DNA of 24,949 bases, filler included, from an uncultured virus (IMG/VR IMGVR_UViG_2049941000_000127) (Duplodnaviria > Heunggongvirae > Uroviricota > Caudoviricetes). It is 11 parts of one record of this genome, joined end to end, with 100 filler letters (N's around TTAATTAATTAA, not from the genome) between each part and the next. Parts side by side here need not be neighbours in the genome. Positions count along the whole stretch, not along the records: positions 18,125 to 20,608 come from IMGVR_UViG_2049941000_000127; positions 20,709 to 21,289 come from IMGVR_UViG_2049941000_000127; positions 21,390 to 24,375 come from IMGVR_UViG_2049941000_000127; positions 24,476 to 24,949 come from IMGVR_UViG_2049941000_000127; 7 more parts are not named here. One strand, 5' to 3'. This document shows positions 19,246 to 24,949 of this stretch, in pieces. The position numbers and the translations under genes were made by a program. Below the pieces are notes generated by a model. That model did not search any database and was not told where the DNA came from. It saw nothing but the letters and a program-made list of their open reading frames with translations. Position 1 is the stretch's first letter. The number at the start of each line of letters is the position of its first letter.

Positions 19246-19850
19246 TCATTCATACATGCAAATACAACGGCAATTTACAAGGTTTCCTGCCGAACCATTA
19301 AGGTAATCATGCGGATATCTCATGGTATCGCCATCCACATAAAAATACTCGTCAATAGGAATGCGTGTCATATCCACTTCTGCGTGTGCTTTCCTGACTT
19401 TTTCATCACCTTCTGTAATCCAAACCTTGAATTGCTTTCCGCTTCGCTTTGCTGTTTCATAGTCCGAATGATTGTAAATCGTGTTTGACTCATTCTGCGC
19501 TATTAGCAAGGCTCTATCTTTTGAAAGATAGTAAATATCATCAGGATGTCTTTTTGTAGTTTCTGTGATGTCATTTACTAATCTTTTGATATAATCTTTC
19601 TCATACGGTATATCTTCCTGATTTAGAATGTCCTCTAACCGATTTTGCAGGGTTGATTTGAATGAGGACTCATCTATATCATATTTAACCGTATTATCAC
19701 CCTTTATAATGGATTCGCGTTCNNNNNNNNNNTGTACCAAATAGCGTCATAAAAGAGATACGCAAGATCGCATCTCTTTTTCTTCTCTTCTTTGGATATC
19801 TCCATTGTCGAAAAGAATCGCCTTAACTGATTCAGTTCGTCAAATCTCAT
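19246..19850 (-). CDS. head morphogenesis protein, SPP1 gp7 / Mu gpF-like
   Basis: Starts MRFDELNQL, overlapping the portal end; RALLIAQNE...K.W....D.KVR..H...IPIDE.F...YP.D...NCRC motif. Confidence 0.9.
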
Positions 19851-20608
19851 CCTCGACCTCTATAACCTCGTTCGGCTGTTCTTCGGGTGCTTCCTGCGGA
19901 TAAAGGATATCCATTCTCTTCTGACTTTCTATCGCTACCTGTTCGGGATCAGCAAAGAATCCTACGGATTTTATTGCCCTTTCTGGGAAAATGCCACTAT
20001 CAAGCAGAATCTTCATTGTTTCAGCTTTGGTAAGCATATTATCCATCTTCGAACGGGATATCTTTATCTCGATGTCCGATACTTTAAGGGATGTCTGCTT
20101 GTCAACAAACATTTTGTAAAGCAGAATGCGTAAAAACTGCTTTTCGGCTTTCTTAAATGACGGTTCTGATAGTTCCGCTCTCTTTTCACTGTCAAGATNN
20201 NNNNNNNNCTTAACTATAAACGCACCATTTTGACGTAACTGTGCAAATTTTGTTTCATCCATTTCACAGTTAATAAATTTAATGAAACTTTGCACAAACT
20301 GTGCTATACCGTCTGCTCTGTCTGATGCCTGTTCGTTTATAGCGTCTGAAAGTGAAATAGTGATCTCAATGTCTGAAATTCTGTTTTCGTTGTTCGGATA
20401 TTCGATAACAGGAATCGCCAAGAATCCATTTTTGCCACTTTCAACTATCTTGTTGGCAACAATCTTGAACCACTCGCTTTTAGTGTAAACAAAATAGAGG
20501 TTTTTATTGTTTTCGTCTTTCGTCTGCTGAAACGAGAAAGCCGGAATGTTGTTGTTGTAGTAAACAACAGCCACATTTCGGGGGTCTAAAACCTCTATTC
20601 TGAAATCT
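19840..20608 (-). CDS. portal protein, SPP1 gp6-like (phage A, partial)
   Basis: IPVIEYPNNENRISDIE...DAIN...SDR.D motif and an acidic C-terminus; upstream of the gp7-like gene. Confidence 0.88.
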
Positions 20609-20710
20609 NNNNNNNNNNNNNNNNNNNNNNNNNNNNNNNNNNNNNNNNNNNNTTAATTAATTAANNNNNNNNNNNNNNNNNNNNNNNNNNNNNNNNNNNN
20701 NNNNNNNNAC

Positions 20711-20800
20711 TTTACCCCGCTTTTCCCCGTTTTTGTTGATTTCATTAGGGTTTACCCCGCTTTTTGTTTTTTAGAAATTTGCGGGGGTAACTTCGGGGGT
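20711..20800. repeat. CCCCG-core direct and inverted repeat cluster
   Basis: TTTACCCCGCTTTT at 20711 and 20751, TTTTCCCCGTTTTTG at 20721, inverted GCGGGGGTAA at 20781 and CGGGGGT at 20794. Confidence 0.75.
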
Positions 20801-20995
20801 GGTGGTGTCCTCAATAAAGGGGCGGGGCGTGTCTGCCTGTCCGAGTCTATGCGGGCGGCATTCCGGCGGGCTTTTCCCTGATCTTTTGCACCTGATCCCG
20901 TTATCGTGTCAACTGTTCGTGAAAGAATGCTTTCGCGCCCCGAACTATTGTTCTATAAAACCTCTATAAATGCCGTAAAATCAAGGCTTTTCGTG

Positions 20996-21289
20996 TTAAT
21001 TGCTTTCACTGTCTATCGGTTCATTATGTCCATTTGTGACATTGTCGGGAGTGTTTACACCTTGCGCGATCCTTTTTAGATCATCGAAAGACAGTGATTT
21101 TTTTACCGCTTCATGGGCTACAATGTTTTGACGCGTGTATAATAGCCCCGTGTCTATGTCATTATTAGCTAATGCAAGTATCCCGATCGGAGTATTATTC
21201 AATCTGTTCTGTATGTATGACTTTCTCGTATTTTGAATAAACAAAGATGCGCCCGTTACATATTGTTCTACAGTAACAAAAGGTATTCC
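20996..21289 (-). CDS. hypothetical protein C-terminus, possibly terminase small subunit
   Basis: The frame is open from the scaffold edge; PIGILALANN...GL.Y segment and a disordered tail, followed by a G/C-run-rich non-coding region. The assignment is inference from context. Confidence 0.4.
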   Translation of the reverse strand, partial: GIPFVTVEQYVTGASLFIQNTRKSYIQNRLNNTPIGILALANNDIDTGLLYTRQNIVAHEAVKKSLSFDDLKRIAQGVNTPDNVTNGHNEPIDSESN

Positions 21290-21450
21290 NNNNNNNNNNN
21301 NNNNNNNNNNNNNNNNNNNNNNNNNNNNNNNNNTTAATTAATTAANNNNNNNNNNNNNNNNNNNNNNNNNNNNNNNNNNNNNNNNNNNNCAGGACTGTCA
21401 GGCCGTTGAAAGGATCGAAGCTGAAGTTTCCGCCCGCCTGNNNNNNNNNN

Positions 21451-21903
21451 AAGGACTGTCAGGCCGTTGAAAGGATCGAAGCTGAAGTTTCCGCCCGCCT
21501 GTGCTGCCACGAAGTCCGCATATGTGAGCTTGTTCATGATGATGACGGGATTCTGTGCTTCGTCCGAAAGCTGTGCAAATGCCTTTGCAACGGTTGTCAG
21601 TGCCGGATTCTGTGAGATTGCCGGAACCGATACTGCTGAAGAGCTTGCGCTTGTCGATGCACTTGTGATGTCACCGATTATGAGAGCGGTCAGCTTCTTT
21701 ACGATCTGATATGTGAGCTCATCGTAGATGTAACGAACGAGAACTTCCCCGCCCATTGCGATGGCTTCATCAGATACACGGATCCACTTCTTGATTGTTG
21801 CGGGGATCATCGTAACGATACCGAGTGTCAGGCTTTCTTCTGTGGGAGCCTGTGTTCCTTCTGTGTGAACGTATGCTCCATCAGCTGAAAGCTCAAAAGG
21901 AAC
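21451..21903 (-). CDS. major capsid protein, HK97 family (phage B), middle part
   Basis: VPFELSADGAYVHTEG...TIKKWIRVSDE...YIYDELTYQI...IIMNKLTYA. Confidence 0.85.
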
Positions 21904-22151
21904 NNNNNNNNNNCGTTGCGGGAATCATTGTAACGATACCGAGTGTCAGGCTTTCTTCTGTGGGAGCCTGGGTTCCTTCTGTGTGAACGTATGCTCCATC
22001 AGCTGAAAGCTCAAAAGGAACNNNNNNNNNNNNNNNNNNNNNNNNNNNNNNNNNNNNNNNNNNNNNNNNNNNNNNNNNNNNNNNNNNNNNCTCCACAATG
22101 ACGGGAGCCTTTGTCTCGGCAACTTTCTTGCGGATCTCGACNNNNNNNNNN

Positions 22152-23075
22152 GGGCGGAAGATTCCATATATCGCGGACATCATTGATTGACATGATGCCC
22201 CTGTCCAATAACTGACTTGATACATTCAGCTTGTCAGCGTTTGACATGTACTGAAGGCGATTCGCTGTCAGCATGACAAGATTGCCTTCTGACTGTTCCC
22301 GGAACGTAAAGAGCATTTTTGTCATTACTTCCGAGAACTGAACCGCAAACGGCTCTATCGCGCCTTCATAGAATGCGGACCATTTGTCTCCATATGCTTT
22401 ATTCTGCATAATGTCTTCATTTACCATGAAATATTGATAGACATTCTGCTCGATCAGCTTCATTTCGTTCGCTTCGACCGTGTACGGCTGCGATTTGACC
22501 TGATTGATATTGCTGTATGTATTCGGAAAGAGTAAAAGTCCGCCGCCTTCAGAGTCTTTGCTGAAGTTTTCTTCCGAGAACCGCTTGCGCTCTTCTGCAA
22601 GATCTTCAGCTTTCGAGAAGTTATTCACCTGTGCATAGAATCTGTATGTTGCGGATGACTTGACGGCTTCCTGAATCCCCTGATTCTGAATGTGAATGAG
22701 ATCCATCGTCGGATAAAGAGCGTGATTGTTCTCACCCATCAGGTCATTCCGGTATTGAAACTTTGTCATTATCCCGCAGTATTCGAGTTCGATCGAAGCT
22801 TTTTCGCCCCATCTGAACTCGTATCGGAGATAGGGTGTTTCATCATACTGAACGACTTCACAATTTGCCGGAAGCGGACAGAATATTCCGCTGATCTCTC
22901 CGAACTTGTCAAATATCGGGATGATAAATGCCGTATTGTGGACATCGAGCACCGTTGACAGCCGATAAAGGAACTGACTCCACGTCTGGAGCTGATTCGG
23001 GCCTTTTTTCAGCTTGCCCTGAAGTGCCGGACGTGCTGCGCCTTCACTCTCGAACTTCAGCTTTGAGATATGGAT
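22152..23075 (-). CDS. portal protein, HK97 family (phage B), main part
   Basis: PNQLQTWSQFLYRL...NTAFIIP...FYEGAIEP...GIMSINDVRDIWNLPP. Confidence 0.9.
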
Positions 23076-23085
23076 NNNNNNNNNN

Positions 23086-23550
23086 CTTGAGGTTGCCCCT
23101 GATTTCCGTTCTGCGTACCCTTGAAAGGATGTCGCTGTTTTCCCATGCCGTGCGGATGATCTCGTCCACGATTGCGGGAACGGGAACCGATCCGGAAACA
23201 TTCTCGGTCAGAAGGCTTCTGACCTCTGTATCGTTCTCCGATACAAGATATCTTGCATATGCATCAACATACTCTTTTGATGCTCTGATCTCTTCATTTG
23301 TCTTCATTTCTCTCTTCTCCTCGTTTACTTTTTCCACAATGACGGGAGCCTTTGTCTCGGCAACTTTCTTGCGGATCTCGACCTTCTTTGCTTCCTCTGC
23401 TGCTCTCTTCTCGAGCTCTTCCTTGATGGCACGGACTTCCTCTTCGAGTGCGTCAAGATCTGCGCCGTCTGTTTCTACTTCTGAAGCGATAGCATTCTTG
23501 CGAGCTTCAAGCTCTTCGACTGTCATGTCTCTAAGTTCTTTCTTTTCCAT
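23086..23550 (-). CDS. major capsid protein, HK97 family (phage B), N-terminal part with coiled-coil delta domain
   Basis: GAGG RBS; Glu/Lys coiled coil, then RSLLTENVSGSVPVPAIVDEII; follows the prohead protease. Confidence 0.88.
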
Positions 23551-23552
23551 CG

Positions 23553-24176
23553 TTATACCTCACTCAAAATACGAATTTTCTGTTTCTTTCGCTCGATCGC
23601 CCGCGCTTCGGCTTTTGCATTCTCCAATGATGATTGTGCATTCTCCAATGTGCAATCAAGGCCCCTCGCGCTGATGCTCGTTGCTTTGTACGCGGGGAAT
23701 GTTACCGCTGACACTTCCAGAACGCGAGATATCTTTGTTATCGTCCGCGTTGGATGGTCAGATTCGATATCATCCCATTTATCCCCATCAACCGAGAACA
23801 TGAAGGACATTCCGTCCAGATCGCCCCTGTCAACGGCTGAATAAAGGCTTTTTGCTTCGGCATTGTTTTCCGTGTCAAGGTCAACACGGATCTCCATGCC
23901 CTGATCGTCAATGCTCATCTGCATCGTCGAGTTTTCGTTATTGTTCCGGCTTCTTGCAAGCGGGATCATGTCGGTGTTATGGTTCACAAGGAACCGGACA
24001 TCTTTGAGATCAGCGTCATCAAGCGCGCCGCGCTCAATTATTTCGTCATACCATCCGAGATCCGTTTTCTCATCGTAGACAATAGGTCTCCCCACAAGCA
24101 TATTTCCGTGCTTTTCGTCCTGATCTGCCCGGATGTCGAATCTAAACGTCCTTATTTCCGTCTTCGTCTTGTCCAT
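23553..24176 (-). CDS. prohead protease, HK97 family
   Basis: EIIERGAL...DVRFLVNH...GDLDGMSFMF...LEVSAVTFPAYKATSISAR; true start MDKTKTEIR after GAGGAG. Confidence 0.93.
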   Translation of the reverse strand: MDKTKTEIRTFRFDIRADQDEKHGNMLVGRPIVYDEKTDLGWYDEIIERGALDDADLKDVRFLVNHNTDMIPLARSRNNNENSTMQMSIDDQGMEIRVDLDTENNAEAKSLYSAVDRGDLDGMSFMFSVDGDKWDDIESDHPTRTITKISRVLEVSAVTFPAYKATSISARGLDCTLENAQSSLENAKAEARAIERKKQKIRILSEV

Positions 24177-24375
24177 TGATTTTCTCCTCATTGATCTTGT
24201 CTTCCGCGTTCCAATACTCACCGCGGATGATTCTTGCGTCTCCGCCTTCAACAGGCGGAAGATTCCATATATCGCGGACATCATTGATAGACATGATGCC
24301 CCTGTCCAATAACTGACTTGATACGTTCAGCTTGTCAGCGTTTGACATGTACTGAAGGCGATTCGCTGTCAGCAT
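24142..24375 (-). CDS. portal protein, HK97 family (phage B), C-terminus
   Basis: MLTANRLQY...NDVRDIWNLPPVEGGD...; overlaps 22152-22274 almost identically and leads into the protease. Confidence 0.88.
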   Translation of the reverse strand: MLTANRLQYMSNADKLNVSSQLLDRGIMSINDVRDIWNLPPVEGGDARIIRGEYWNAEDKINEEKINGQDEDGNKDV

Positions 24376-24475
24376 NNNNNNNNNNNNNNNNNNNNNNNNN
24401 NNNNNNNNNNNNNNNNNNNTTAATTAATTAANNNNNNNNNNNNNNNNNNNNNNNNNNNNNNNNNNNNNNNNNNNN

Positions 24476-24949
24476 AGTATATGCTATTTAGCGCGGATTC
24501 TATATCAAAGTCTTTATCCCATTCTTGATGGGACAGATCTTCCATTGCCTTTGAACAGTCCGCGGCGAAGTTCTTGCTATCAGACGCTATATTATACGGT
24601 GGATCGGTGAAAACCATATCGGCCTTCGCCCCCCCCATTAAAATATCTAGTGTTATTGTATCTGTGCAATCACCACATATCAGTCTATGTTCGCCTAATT
24701 GCCAGACATCCCCGGACTTGCACCTTGTCTCGTCCTTTTCAGGGATTCCGACTTCTTCAGACTCGTCGTCCTCGATTGTGGGCTCTGGCATCTCAAATCC
24801 CGTGAGCTCAATATCAAAATCCATCTCCCGAAGAGATTCAAGCTCAATGTTCACGAGATCCATGTCCCATTCAGCCAATTCCCCGAGTCGATTGTCTGTC
24901 AGAATATAAGCTTTGCGCTGCGCTTCCGTCAGACCTTCGATATACACGC
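24476..24949 (-). CDS. ParB-like domain fused to an N6-adenine/N4-cytosine DNA methyltransferase (partial)
   Basis: LTEAQRKAYILTDNRLGELAEWD (end of ParB-like domain), GDVWQLGEHRLICGD and ADMVFTDPPYN (catalytic motif IV). Confidence 0.9.

Noticed and set aside
21914..22021. Near-identical repeat as a DGR template or invertible cassette
   Set aside because: The differences are synonymous, not adenine-specific, and are bounded by assembly gaps.
22011..23550. Capsid gene apparently upstream of the portal, and capsid-portal fusions
   Set aside because: Contig misordering; the overlap at 24254-24375 restores the order portal, protease, capsid.

Overview
This window is not a contiguous genome. It is 11 scaffolds joined by an artificial 100-nt N/TTAATTAATTAA/N linker, and within scaffolds short contigs are joined by N gaps, often in the wrong order, so many ORFs in the track are chimeras. 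Almost all genes are on the minus strand and come from tailed (siphovirus-like) phages of a low-GC Gram-positive, probably Clostridia/Lachnospiraceae-type, host (inferred from promoter and RBS style and from the protein families). At least two phages are mixed. Phage A (about 1112-21289) has terminase fragments, an SPP1-like portal, a gp7/F-like head protein, scaffold, decoration protein, a gpE-family capsid, neck genes, tail tube, tail chaperones, tape measure, Dit/Tal-like proteins, a BppU-like protein, fibre genes and an uncharacterised small-gene module. Phage B (21390-24375, and probably 1-316) has an HK97-type portal, prohead protease and capsid plus a phi13-family tail tube fragment. 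A Cro/antirepressor switch scaffold and a ParB-methyltransferase scaffold cannot be assigned. The most notable signals are two consecutive predicted -1 ribosomal frameshifts in the tail operon (tail tube to cadherin-like/Ig domain, and gpG/gpGT-type chaperone), a structured RNA leader between them that could sequester the chaperone RBS, two pairs of paralogous tail-tip genes with conserved ends, a structured leader upstream of the scaffold gene, and a CCCCG repeat cluster after a putative small terminase. I see no clear evidence of a wholly new system; the candidates are ranked as hypotheses.
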